From Acetobacteraceae bacterium (lineage in GTDB: Bacteria > Pseudomonadota > Alphaproteobacteria > Acetobacterales > Acetobacteraceae), in NCBI GenBank assembly GCA_003164135.1, contig PLSD01000123.1, forward strand, positions 25,734-89,733: a DNA stretch of 64,000 nucleotides, written 5' to 3'. Shown here piece after piece: positions 21,229 to 30,675 of the stretch (the stretch's first letter is position 1; every line of letters starts with the position of its first letter). The translations under genes were made by a program, and so were the position numbers. A model generated the notes under the pieces. It searched no databases and had not been told where the DNA came from. It worked only from the letters and a program-made list of their open reading frames with translations.

Positions 21229-21654
21229 CTACGCCGGCTCCAGGCGCAGCAGTCTCGCCAGACCGGCGCGCCGCTTCATCAAATCCGCCAGGGTAAAACC
21301 ATCCAGCACCGCCATGAACGCGCTCAGCGCCGTATTCAATGCGCTGGTAAGGCCGCAGGCGGGGGCGATGAGACAGGAGCCGCAATCCACCAACTGCAGG
21401 TCTTCCTCCATCAGGCGGACCACGGCGCCGATGTTGATCTCCTCGCACGCTTTGGCCAGACGCACGCCACCCAGCCGGCCGCGCACGCTTTTCACATATC
21501 CGGCCTTGCCGAGGTTATGCACCACCTTCATCAGGTGGTTCTGCGAAATGCCGTAAGCCTTGGCGATCTCGGAAATCGAGCAGACTCGTTCCTCATGCGT
21601 GCCCAGATAGAGCAACACCCGCAGCGAATAATCAGTGTACCGTGTCAGGTGCAT
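21229..21654 (-). CDS. nsrR: Rrf2-family NO-sensing repressor NsrR
   Basis: MHLTRYTDYSLRVL, ISQNHLMKVV, RGRLGG, three Cys (DCGSCLIAPAC); divergent from the globin gene. Confidence 0.9.
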   Translation of the reverse strand: MHLTRYTDYSLRVLLYLGTHEERVCSISEIAKAYGISQNHLMKVVHNLGKAGYVKSVRGRLGGVRLAKACEEINIGAVVRLMEEDLQLVDCGSCLIAPACGLTSALNTALSAFMAVLDGFTLADLMKRRAGLARLLRLEPA

Positions 21655-21720
21655 ACATGCCTCAATAAGCTCTCCAGCATAGATATACACTGAATCGGTT
21701 CAATTAATCATCTGGTCCGC

Positions 21721-21773
21721 CCGCTTACATGGAAATACATGTATTTCAAATATATGTATTTCCATGTAAGCGG
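21721..21773. promoter_or_regulatory. 53-bp palindrome centred on an NsrR-type operator
   Basis: 26-bp arms with one mismatch; core TACATGTATTT-C-AAATATATGTA resembles the 11-1-11 NsrR consensus. Confidence 0.8.
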
Positions 21774-21857
21774 CATGTCGCTGACCCCACAGGTTCCAAC
21801 CAGCCTGCCCGCAACCACCAAAGCCGGTCCGCGTGAACGCGCCCGGGGAGTTAAATC

Positions 21858-22319
21858 ATGGCCCAGCCTTTATCGAACGAGACCAACGCGATTATCAAAT
21901 CCACCGCCCCGGCGCTGCAGGAACACGGTGTCGCGATTACCACGCGCATGTACGAGCGCCTGTTTGTTGATCCCGCCATCAAGGCTTTGTTCGATCAGGC
22001 GGCCCAGGTCTCCGGCGAGCAGCCTAAGCGGCTGGCGGCGGCCATCCTGGCGTTTGCAAAAAACGCCGATAACCTTGGCGCGCTTAGCGCGGCGGTGGAG
22101 CGCATGGCCGCCCGCCATGTGGAGACTTCAATAAAGCCCGAACACTACCCGGCGGTGGCCAACGCCCTGCTACCGGCGATCAAGGACGTTCTGGGGGATG
22201 CGGTGGACGAGCGCGTGCTTAACGCCTGGGGCGAGGCCTACTGGTTCCTCGCCGATGTGCTGATCAACCGCGAAGCCCAGCTTTACGCCGCCGAACAGCC
22301 CTGCGCCGAACCCGCCTGA
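21858..22319 (+). CDS. Single-domain bacterial haemoglobin (Vitreoscilla Hb/flavohaemoglobin globin-domain type)
   Basis: IKSTAPAL, B10 Tyr (RMYERLF), E7 Gln (EQPKRLA), F8 His (ARHV), PEHYP, AWGEAYWFLA; no reductase domain. Confidence 0.93.
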   Translation: MAQPLSNETNAIIKSTAPALQEHGVAITTRMYERLFVDPAIKALFDQAAQVSGEQPKRLAAAILAFAKNADNLGALSAAVERMAARHVETSIKPEHYPAVANALLPAIKDVLGDAVDERVLNAWGEAYWFLADVLINREAQLYAAEQPCAEPA

Positions 22320-23044
22320 TCCACCCCCTCGTTGGCGGGCTCCCGCACGGAGTCCGCCAACTCATCGGGAGCCGCATAGCTTTGCAGCTTCGCAATGTCG
22401 TGCAGCCACACCCGTGTGCCGCTGGTTTCCACCCCCATCGCGCGTAGCACCGCAAACGCGCGGGACAAATTTTCCTGCCGGCAGCCCAGCCGCCCGGCGA
22501 GCAGCCCTTTCTCAAACGGCAGCCGCAGTTCGGCGCTCGTCGCCAGAGGGTCCCGCACCAGCGCCAGCAGGTAACAACCCAGCCGCTGCGCCGTGGTGCG
22601 CAGCTTCAAATCCCGCACCTGGCGCACCATGGCACGGAAATCCCGCGCCTGGCTTTGCAGCAGGCTGAGCGCCAGTGGCGGCGCCTGCTCCACCAATGTC
22701 CGCAACCCGCCGGCATCCACCCGCAGCAGCCGCACGGGCGTCAGCGCGTGTGCGGTCATCAGGTAGGGCATCTGCGTCAGCACCGCCGCCAGCACAAAGT
22801 GGCCGGGCGCGCTGATGATTTCCACCACCGCTGCGGCACCATCCGGCGCGGTGCCGCTCAACGTAACCTGTCCGGCCAGCAGCACATGCAGATGTGCTGC
22901 AAATTCGCCCTGGCGGCAAAGTTCCGCACCATGCGCCGCCTCGCTCGCTTCGGTCATGGCGGCAAGCTGCCCCAACAGCGCCGTATCCAGTTCCGCGAAC
23001 ATCGGCACGGTGCGCAGCAGGGCGGGGAGGGGCTCGTTTTTCAT
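22283..23044 (-). CDS. Crp/Fnr-family regulator (Dnr/NnrR/HcpR-like)
   Basis: cNMP-fold N-terminus, AQRLGCYLL, HTH GCRQENLSR; divergent from hcp; 3' end overlaps the globin gene by 37 bp. Confidence 0.88.
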   Translation of the reverse strand: MKNEPLPALLRTVPMFAELDTALLGQLAAMTEASEAAHGAELCRQGEFAAHLHVLLAGQVTLSGTAPDGAAAVVEIISAPGHFVLAAVLTQMPYLMTAHALTPVRLLRVDAGGLRTLVEQAPPLALSLLQSQARDFRAMVRQVRDLKLRTTAQRLGCYLLALVRDPLATSAELRLPFEKGLLAGRLGCRQENLSRAFAVLRAMGVETSGTRVWLHDIAKLQSYAAPDELADSVREPANEGVDQAGSAQGCSAA

Positions 23045-23048
23045 GCCT

Positions 23049-23101
23049 TTGATCTAGATCAAAGATGTATCTGGTATAAACATATATTAAAAATACACCT
23101 T
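23049..23101. promoter_or_regulatory. FNR/Dnr box plus NsrR-type box in the regulator-hcp divergent promoter
   Basis: TTGATCTAGATCAA (23049-23062); minus strand AAGGTGTATTT-T-TAATATATGTT (23079-23101). Confidence 0.8.
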
Positions 23102-23174
23102 TTAGGGCGCCGACGATAGCATGCCGCCGGGAGGCCAGTTTTTTGCCAGTTTTTTCATAAGGGAATAATGTCTG

Positions 23175-24845
23175 ATGTTTTGTTTTCAATGCGAGCAGAC
23201 CACGCGCGGACCGGCCGGTGCCGGTTGCGCCACGGATAAAGGCGTATGCGGCAAGGACGAAGCCACCGCCGATTTACAGGACGTGCTGATCCACCAACTC
23301 AAGGGCATCGGCCAGTACGTGTCGCGCCTGCGCACGCTCGGCGTGGCTGACGCGGCGGCTGACACCTTCATCCTCTACGGCCTGTTCACCACGCTCACCA
23401 ACGTCAATTTCAATCGCGGCCGCTTCGTTGAGCTTATCTCCGAGGCCGCCCGCCTGCGTGACCGTCTGCGCACCGCCTTTGAGGCCGCCGCCAAAGCCGC
23501 TGGCCAAGTGCCCGAAGCCCTCTCCGGCCCCGCCGCCTTCGTACCGGCTGACAACATTACCGGCCTGCTCGCCCAGGCCAATGTCGCCAGCGTCATCGCC
23601 GGGCGCGATGTGGTGGGTGAGGATGTGATCGGCCTGCGCGCGTTGCTGCTGTACGGCCTCAAGGGTGTGGCCGCCTATGCCCACCACGCTGAAGTTCTGG
23701 GCGAATCGCGCGATGAAATCGCCATCGGCATTGCCCACGCGCTGGACGTACTGGCCAGCAACCCGACCGACCTCGGTGACATGCTGGAGGAAGCTCTCGC
23801 CCTCGGCCGCCTCAACTTCAAAGTCATGGAAACCCTGGACGCCGCCAATACCGGCAGCTTCGGCACCCCGTCCCCGCATGCGGTGCGCACTACCCCGGTT
23901 GAAGGCAAAGCCATCCTGGTCTCCGGCCATGATTTCCGCGACTTGCACGAGCTGCTGGAAGCCACCAAGGGCACCGGCATTAACGTGTACACGCACGGCG
24001 AAATGCTGCCCGCGCACGGCTACCCCAAACTGCGCGAATACTCGCACCTGGCGGGCAATTACGGCGGCGCCTGGCAGAACCAGCAGATCGAATTCGCGGC
24101 GTTCCCCGGCCCCATCGTGATGACTTCCAACTGCCTGATCGAACCGCAGCCGCTCTACCGCAACCGCATTTTCACCTCCGGCCCGGTGGGCTGGCCCGGC
24201 GTGCGCCATGTCACCAACGGTGACTACGCCGCGGTTGTGCAAGCCGCCAAGGCGCTGCCCGGCTTCACCAAAACCATGGAAGGCCCGAGCTTGACCGTCG
24301 GCTTCGGCCGCGACGCGGTTCTGGGCGCCGCTGGCACAGTGGTCGAGGCGGTGAAATCCGGCGCGATCCGCCACTTCTTCCTCATCGGCGGCTGCGATGG
24401 CGCGGCACCCGGCCGTAACTACTTCACCGAGTTCGCGGAGCAGGCCCCGGCCGATACCATGATTCTCACGCTCGGCTGCGGCAAATACCGCTTCAACAGC
24501 CATGACTTCGGCACCATCGGCGGCTTGCCGCGCCTGCTCGACATCGGCCAGTGCAACGACACCTACTCCGCTTTGGTCATCGCCACCGCCCTGGCCGGCG
24601 CCTTCAACTGCGGCGTCAACGAGCTGCCGCTCTCGCTCGTCATCTCCTGGTTCGAGCAAAAGGCCGCCGCCGTGTTCCTCACGCTGCTCGCCTTGGGCGT
24701 GCGCAACGTAAGGCTCGGGCCGACACTCCCGGCCTTCCTCACGCCCGCCATCCTGGACATCCTCGTCAACCAGTTCGGCGTGCTGCCGATCACCACCGCC
24801 GAGGCTGACATCAAGGCCGCGCTGACCCCGCTCGCAGCGGAGTAA
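23175..24845 (+). CDS. hcp: Hybrid cluster protein (class II; NO/hydroxylamine reductase)
   Basis: [10 protein letters not shown]2CX11CX6C spacing, [37 protein letters not shown]. Confidence 0.97.
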   Translation: MFCFQCEQTTRGPAGAGCATDKGVCGKDEATADLQDVLIHQLKGIGQYVSRLRTLGVADAAADTFILYGLFTTLTNVNFNRGRFVELISEAARLRDRLRTAFEAAAKAAGQVPEALSGPAAFVPADNITGLLAQANVASVIAGRDVVGEDVIGLRALLLYGLKGVAAYAHHAEVLGESRDEIAIGIAHALDVLASNPTDLGDMLEEALALGRLNFKVMETLDAANTGSFGTPSPHAVRTTPVEGKAILVSGHDFRDLHELLEATKGTGINVYTHGEMLPAHGYPKLREYSHLAGNYGGAWQNQQIEFAAFPGPIVMTSNCLIEPQPLYRNRIFTSGPVGWPGVRHVTNGDYAAVVQAAKALPGFTKTMEGPSLTVGFGRDAVLGAAGTVVEAVKSGAIRHFFLIGGCDGAAPGRNYFTEFAEQAPADTMILTLGCGKYRFNSHDFGTIGGLPRLLDIGQCNDTYSALVIATALAGAFNCGVNELPLSLVISWFEQKAAAVFLTLLALGVRNVRLGPTLPAFLTPAILDILVNQFGVLPITTAEADIKAALTPLAAE

Positions 24846-24920
24846 CGTGCGGCGGGCGCCGGGATGGTTCTCCCCAGTCCATCCCGGCGCCGCCTTGTCT
24901 CCAATTCCAAGGATCATCAA

Positions 24921-25934
24921 ATGTCCGACATCACGCTCATCACGCGCGACGGCGCGAAACTCAGCCTCGCCGCCTCGCCGCAGGAGACCGTGCTGGAAGC
25001 CGCCGAGGCCGCCGGGCTGTTTCTCCCCGCCATGTGCCATGAGGGCAGTTGCGGCCTGTGCTCCGCGCAGATCGCCACCGGCGACTACACAATGCGCGGC
25101 GGCCCCCGCGAACCCGCCGCCGACGGTTCGGTGCCGCTCTGCCTCTGCCTGCCGCAATCCGCCCTCACGGTTAATCTGCCGTACCCGGAATCCGGCATCA
25201 GCCACCACCGCATTCCTACCCGCGCGGCCACCGTCACCTCCATCACACCCGCGGGCAGCGGCGCCGTCACGCTCAGCCTCACCCTCCAACCGGACCCTGA
25301 ATTCGGCACAGCGGCGGATTTCACCCCTGGCCAGTTCATGGAAGTCTCAATCCCCGGCACGGAGATCACCCGCGCCTATTCGCTCTCCAACCTGCCCAAC
25401 TGGGACGGCACGCTGGAATTCCTCATCCGCCTGCAACCCGGCGGCGCTTTCTCCACCTGGCTGGCGCAAACTGCTAAACCCGGCGACGCGCTCACCCTGC
25501 GCGGCCCCGCCGGCCGCTTCGTGCTGGACGAAATCAGCCCGCGCCCACGCTGCCTGGTCGGCGGCGGCTGTGGCTTCGCGCCGCTGCTCTCCATGCTGCG
25601 CCATCTGGCGGATTTCCAGAACATGCAGCCCACGCACCTGATCTTCGGCGCCAACACCGAGGCTGAACTTGCCGTCGCCGCCCCCCTGAAGGCTTTGGCC
25701 GCGCAACTGCCGAACCTCACCATCTGCTACGCCGTGTGGCACCCGCAAGCCGCTTGGCACGGTTTTACCGGCACCGCGGCGGACGCCTTGGCGCAATACC
25801 TCGCCACCGCCACGGACTTGCCGGACGTCTACTTGTGCGGCCCGCCGCGCTTGGTGGAAGCCGTCACCAATGTCGCGCAGGCGCGCGGTATTCCCCCGGC
25901 GCGCATCTACACCGAGCAAGTGCAACTACGCTGA
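24921..25934 (+). CDS. 2Fe-2S ferredoxin/FAD/NAD(P)H oxidoreductase, probable Hcp reductase
   Basis: N-terminal CHEGSCGLC...C, RAYS, GAFS, GGCGFAP, YLCGPP; AAGGA RBS. Confidence 0.88.
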   Translation: MSDITLITRDGAKLSLAASPQETVLEAAEAAGLFLPAMCHEGSCGLCSAQIATGDYTMRGGPREPAADGSVPLCLCLPQSALTVNLPYPESGISHHRIPTRAATVTSITPAGSGAVTLSLTLQPDPEFGTAADFTPGQFMEVSIPGTEITRAYSLSNLPNWDGTLEFLIRLQPGGAFSTWLAQTAKPGDALTLRGPAGRFVLDEISPRPRCLVGGGCGFAPLLSMLRHLADFQNMQPTHLIFGANTEAELAVAAPLKALAAQLPNLTICYAVWHPQAAWHGFTGTAADALAQYLATATDLPDVYLCGPPRLVEAVTNVAQARGIPPARIYTEQVQLR

Positions 25935-26045
25935 TTGCGCTTAGAGACTGTTAAGCACGCCGCTCTATCCTGACGCCGGACTGTCCGTGACCGGTATTCA
26001 GCTTCCTGCCGTTATCTGGGTGCTGTGAGCGGAACGTCTTGGCGT

Positions 26046-26095
26046 GCGACCCGTTTATGCCGGCCCTTTGTGGTCCGGCATAAACGGTGAGTCGC
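26046..26095. repeat. Long intergenic hairpin between convergent genes
   Basis: gcgac-ccgtttatgccgg...ccggcataaacgg-tga-gtcgc. Confidence 0.55.
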
Positions 26096-26138
26096 CCGCC
26101 TGATTTTTTGCGTGTAAACCGTTAGAGATAGGCGCAGC

Positions 26139-27284
26139 TTACAGATTGCGCGAAATCAACTCACGCATAATCTCCGAGGTGCCTCCATAAATACGCTGCA
26201 CGCGCGCATCGGCAAACAACCGGCAGATTTCGTATTCCCGCATAAAGCCATAGCCGCCGAAGAACTGCAGGCACTGGTCAACCACGCGGCCATGCATTTC
26301 CGTCGCCCACAGCTTGGCGATGGAAGCCGCCTCGCCGGTCAGCTCGGATTTAATATGCTGCGCCAGGCACTGGTCAAAAAACGCCCAGCCCACGGCGAGG
26401 TCCGCTTTCAAATCCGCGAGCTTGAAACGCGTGTTCTGCTGCGCTCCCACCGGTTTGCCGAACGCCACCCGCTCCTTCACATAGGTGCAGGTAATATCAA
26501 AAGCTTTCTGCGCCGAGGCGAGCGACTGGCAGGCAATCGCCAAGCGCTCCTGCGGCAGCTCGCTCATCAAAATCCCCATCGCCCCGCCTTCCGCACCCAG
26601 GCGGTTGGTCACCGGCACGCGGACCTCATCGAAGAACAACTCCGAGGTATCGGCGGAGAGATGCCCCAGCTTGTGCAGGTTACGGCCACGGCGGAAACCA
26701 GGGCGGTCGGCTTCCACCACAATCAGTGTCATCCCGCGCGAGCCAGCATCCACCGCCGTGCGCGTCACCACAATTACGTAGTCGCAATGCTGGCCGTTGG
26801 AGATGAACGTCTTCTGCCCGGAGATCACATATTCGTCGCCATCGAGCACCGCGCGGGTACGGATACCCTGCAAATCACTCCCGGTGCCCGGTTCGGTCAT
26901 CGCAATGGCAAACACCGCATCGCCCGAAACCATCCCCGGCAGCCAGCGCTGCTTCTGTTCCTCATTGGCGACGCTCAGCACATACCCGGCGCAAACATCG
27001 CTATGCACCGCAAAATCCGCGCCCGGCCCGGTGAACCCGGCGTAGAACAATTCCTCAGTAACAATGGTGTTGAAACGGAAATCCCCGCCCACGCCGCCGT
27101 ATTCCTCCGGAATCTGCGGGCAGAGCAACCCGGCCTCGCCGCCTTTGCCCCAATAGCTGCGGTCAACAATACCGGCCTCTTCCCACCGGTCGAAATGCGG
27201 CGCGATTTGCGTGGCGGCAAACCGGCGCACCGTTTCGCGGAACTGCTCATGTTCCTCATCGTAAATGGCGCGATGCTTCAGCAC
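26139..27284 (-). CDS. Acyl-CoA dehydrogenase (LCAD-type)
   Basis: AMTEPGTGSD, KTFISNG, PQERL, CLQFFGGYG, IYGGTSEIM. Confidence 0.95.
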   Translation of the reverse strand: MLKHRAIYDEEHEQFRETVRRFAATQIAPHFDRWEEAGIVDRSYWGKGGEAGLLCPQIPEEYGGVGGDFRFNTIVTEELFYAGFTGPGADFAVHSDVCAGYVLSVANEEQKQRWLPGMVSGDAVFAIAMTEPGTGSDLQGIRTRAVLDGDEYVISGQKTFISNGQHCDYVIVVTRTAVDAGSRGMTLIVVEADRPGFRRGRNLHKLGHLSADTSELFFDEVRVPVTNRLGAEGGAMGILMSELPQERLAIACQSLASAQKAFDITCTYVKERVAFGKPVGAQQNTRFKLADLKADLAVGWAFFDQCLAQHIKSELTGEAASIAKLWATEMHGRVVDQCLQFFGGYGFMREYEICRLFADARVQRIYGGTSEIMRELISRNL

Positions 27285-27320
27285 TTTAATAACTCCTACA
27301 AAACAAAAAACCCTGAACGC

Positions 27321-28631
27321 TCAGGCGGGAATTTTCTCCGCATGGGCCAGCAGGCAGAACGGACCGCCCAGATAAGCGGGGAACCCGGCTTCGCTCACCA
27401 AGCCATAATCGGCCAGGCGCTGGCCTTCGGCACCAAGCTCGGGCAGCAGCCGCGCGGTGGCGGCGGTGACATCTTCCAGCACCTCACGCACGGCGCGCTT
27501 GGCGGCGGTCACGGGCGCCGAGGCGTACCAGTAGTCCTTACCATTGAAATCAGCATCCGGGGCAGGGGGGGCAACCCCCGCAATCCTGAAGCCCGCGGCC
27601 ACCAGCGCAGCGGTCACATCCGCCGGCCTTCCCTGCCATACCGCCGGCAGTTCCCGCAGCGCGCGGGTTACGGCGGCGGGCATGTCGCCAGCCTTCACCT
27701 TGCGCTCATATTCCGTTTTGGCGATGAACATGGTGCGGATCATGTCGCGCGCCTCCGGCCGCTGGATCAGCCCGGCAAAAATCGTCATTTCAGTGCGGAT
27801 CGCCGTCTCAATATCCTGCGGGAAGCCCTGCTCCAGGCATTCCAGAATCGCCAGCGGCGCCGGGTAATGCCCCAGCGTCTCCGCCAGAATTTTGCTCCGC
27901 GTGGCGGCGATCAGCCCGCCCAGCCGCGCCACATCAGGGTGCTTCCAGTTCGCGTCATCCCAAGGCTGGTGCGCCACGGGGTTGGAGAGAATCCAGCGTT
28001 CCGCGGCCGCCACTTCCTCGCCCGGCGCCACCAGCTCACTGGCAAGCCCCGCGTCCAGCGCGTCCTGTCCGGAAAGCCGGCCACCCGTCAACAGAATCGG
28101 CAGCGTTTTCTCCAGCCCCACCACGCGCGGCATGCGCTGCGTGCCGCCCGCGCCGGGGAGCAGGCCAACCAGTGATTCCGGCAGACCCATCGCCACCTTC
28201 GGCGAATTCACCAGCACGCGGTAATGCGTACCCAGCGCCAGTTCGCAACCGCCGCCCAGCGCCAGGCCCGCAATGGCCGTGGCCACCGGCTTGCCGCAGG
28301 TCTCCAGCGCGCGCACGGCGGCGCTGAGCTGGAAAAAATGGTCAAATGCAAGTTTGAAACGTTCCGCCGGCGGTGCGGCCATAATCATGTCATAGGCCTG
28401 CCCGAGTTCTATCAGGTCCGCCCCCGCGCAGAACGCGGAGGTTTTACCCGAGCGCACCACCACGCCGCGCGCATCGCGGCACTTCACCCAGGCGGCAAAA
28501 TCGCCCAAATCCTTAATGGCGGCGTTCGAGAACACGTTCATGGAACGGCCCGGCATATCAAAAATCAGATGGACGATGCCCTGCGGCGTCGTCTCAACCC
28601 TGAACTGCGTCAATTCGAGGTTTTGTTGCAT
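27321..28631 (-). CDS. Enoyl-CoA hydratase, FadJ/FadB-like N-domain with degenerate C-terminus
   Basis: FCAGADL, GGGCELAL, GLPES.VGLLPGAGGTQR, HYPAP; no Rossmann motif. Confidence 0.85.
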   Translation of the reverse strand: MQQNLELTQFRVETTPQGIVHLIFDMPGRSMNVFSNAAIKDLGDFAAWVKCRDARGVVVRSGKTSAFCAGADLIELGQAYDMIMAAPPAERFKLAFDHFFQLSAAVRALETCGKPVATAIAGLALGGGCELALGTHYRVLVNSPKVAMGLPESLVGLLPGAGGTQRMPRVVGLEKTLPILLTGGRLSGQDALDAGLASELVAPGEEVAAAERWILSNPVAHQPWDDANWKHPDVARLGGLIAATRSKILAETLGHYPAPLAILECLEQGFPQDIETAIRTEMTIFAGLIQRPEARDMIRTMFIAKTEYERKVKAGDMPAAVTRALRELPAVWQGRPADVTAALVAAGFRIAGVAPPAPDADFNGKDYWYASAPVTAAKRAVREVLEDVTAATARLLPELGAEGQRLADYGLVSEAGFPAYLGGPFCLLAHAEKIPA

Positions 28632-28740
28632 TTCTTAATCTCCTCCAAGCCTGGACGCTAGCAACGCGCCGGAGTTGGGGAACAGGTCTAAAGTGTGGCT
28701 CCTTACAGCTATCCAGGAGCAGCCGTTTCACGAACAGATA

Positions 28741-29721
28741 CTACACCCAGGCACGCAACGCGGCGCGGGCGGCGTCGAACTCCATGACCAGCCGGTCGAT
28801 GTAATCAGCCGCCGGCTCCACATGGTGAACCGCGCCAATGCCCTGGCCAGCACTCCAAATGTCGCGCCATGCCTTAGGGTTGGCGCCGCCGTCGGCAATG
28901 CTGATCTTCGCCCCCTCGGGACGGCTCAGCTTGGCCGGGTCCAGCCCATTGGCCTCAATCGAAGGCCGCAGGAAGGTCGCGTTCACCCCGGTGAAGCAGT
29001 TGGTCACGATCACGTCGCGCGAGTCGGAAGTCCGCACCATTTCCTTGAACCCATGCGCGGTATTGGCCTCCAGGCTGGCCAGGAACGGCGAGCCGATATA
29101 GGCAAAATCCGCCCCCATCGCCAGCGCGCCCAGAATGCTCTGCCCGGTGGCAATGCAGCCGGAAAGGGCGAGCGGCCCCTGCCACCACGCCCGCAACTCC
29201 TGCACCAGCGCAAACGGCGACATATTGCCGGTATGCCCACCGGCCCCCGCGCACACCGCAATCAACCCATCCACCCCGGCTTCCGCGCATTTTTCCGCAT
29301 GCCGGTTGCTGATGACATCGTTGAAAACCAACCCGCCGTATTCATGCACGGCGGTCACGATATCCTTCGGCGCCGCCAGGCTGACAATCGCCAGTTTGAC
29401 CTTATGCGCCAGCAGCAGCGCCAGGTCCGGCTCCAAGCGCGGGTTGGACGCATGCGCCACCAGGTTCAGCGAGTACGGTGCCGCCGGCTGCTCCGGATTC
29501 GCGGCATCATGCGCCGCCAGCGCTTCCTCGATCTCGCTCAGCATCTCGTCCAGCTCAGCCGTCGAGCGTGCATTCAGCGCCGGGATGGAGCCGATGACCC
29601 CACTGGTGCATTGCGCGATCACCAGCGCCGGGGAGGTCGCAATGAACATCGGCCCGCCGATGAGCGGCAGGCGCAGTTTTTCGCGAAGCTCCGGCGCAAT
29701 GCTGGTGTTGCCAATCATCAC
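28741..29721 (-). CDS. Nitronate monooxygenase/FabK-family FMN oxidoreductase
   Basis: PLIGGPMF, GAGGHTG, MGADFAYIGSPF, WSAGQG. Confidence 0.9.
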   Translation of the reverse strand: MMIGNTSIAPELREKLRLPLIGGPMFIATSPALVIAQCTSGVIGSIPALNARSTAELDEMLSEIEEALAAHDAANPEQPAAPYSLNLVAHASNPRLEPDLALLLAHKVKLAIVSLAAPKDIVTAVHEYGGLVFNDVISNRHAEKCAEAGVDGLIAVCAGAGGHTGNMSPFALVQELRAWWQGPLALSGCIATGQSILGALAMGADFAYIGSPFLASLEANTAHGFKEMVRTSDSRDVIVTNCFTGVNATFLRPSIEANGLDPAKLSRPEGAKISIADGGANPKAWRDIWSAGQGIGAVHHVEPAADYIDRLVMEFDAARAALRAWV

Positions 29722-30632
29722 ACCGGGTCCCAGGTGAACACATCGCCCGAGCGCTGCAGCGGGTAAAAATCATTCTCGAACATCGGGAACACCCGTTCGG
29801 CAATGCTTTCCGGCGTCCAGCCCTCGGCGGTATGCGCGGTGCGGATCGGGCGCGGCTGCGAGAACAGATAAATCTCGTTGTTGCGCACGCCAAAAATCTG
29901 CCCGCTCACTTTCGCCCCCGCATCACTGCCAAGTGCTACCACAAACGGCGCGATTTTTTCCGGGACCAACTTCTTCAACCCTTCCACTCGCTTTTGCTGC
30001 TCGGGCGTCTCATTGGGGATCGAGCTAACCATCCGCGTCCACGCAAACGGCGCCACCGCGTTGGAGCGCACATTAAAACGCTGCATGTCCAGCGCAATGG
30101 ATTTGGAAAGCCCGACAATGCCCATCTTGGCGGCGGCATAATTCGCCTGGCCAAAATTGCCGACCAGGCCGGAGGTCGAGGTCATGTGAATATACGCGCC
30201 CGAAGCCTGCTCCTTGAAGAACGGGGCGGCGGCCCGGCTCACGTTAAAGCTGCCCTTCAGATGCACCGCGATCACCGCATCAAAATCGTCCTCGGTCATC
30301 TTGTGGAACAGCACGTCGCGCAGATTGCCTGCGTTGTTCACCACCACGTCGATCCGCCCAAAATTATCAATCGCCGCCTGCACCATCGCCTGCCCGCCGG
30401 CCCAGTCTGCCACGCTATCGCTATTGGCAACGGCCTGCCCGCCAGCGGCGATAATCTCGTTCACCACCTCCTGCGCGGGTGAAACACTGCCCGCATCCTG
30501 CCCGGTCAGCGACACGCCGAGATCATTCACCACCACGGCGGCGCCCGCCTTGGCGAATTCCAGCGCAATGCCACGGCCCACGCCGCGTCCGCCGCCGGTT
30601 ACGAGTGCAACTTTTCCATTCATCATGGTCAT
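29718..30632 (-). CDS. SDR, 3-hydroxyacyl-CoA dehydrogenase (MFE-2-like) type
   Basis: TGGGRGVG, VVVNDLG, NNAG, YAAAK. Confidence 0.92.
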   Translation of the reverse strand: MTMMNGKVALVTGGGRGVGRGIALEFAKAGAAVVVNDLGVSLTGQDAGSVSPAQEVVNEIIAAGGQAVANSDSVADWAGGQAMVQAAIDNFGRIDVVVNNAGNLRDVLFHKMTEDDFDAVIAVHLKGSFNVSRAAAPFFKEQASGAYIHMTSTSGLVGNFGQANYAAAKMGIVGLSKSIALDMQRFNVRSNAVAPFAWTRMVSSIPNETPEQQKRVEGLKKLVPEKIAPFVVALGSDAGAKVSGQIFGVRNNEIYLFSQPRPIRTAHTAEGWTPESIAERVFPMFENDFYPLQRSGDVFTWDPV

Positions 30633-30675
30633 CGGTAAATTTCCCTGAACTTAGTGATTGTGTAACTGAAACGTA

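Noticed and set aside
28741-29721. Nitronate monooxygenase as part of the NO/nitro-detox module
   Set aside because: It overlaps the SDR inside the acyl-CoA operon; an enoyl-thioester-reductase-like role is more parsimonious
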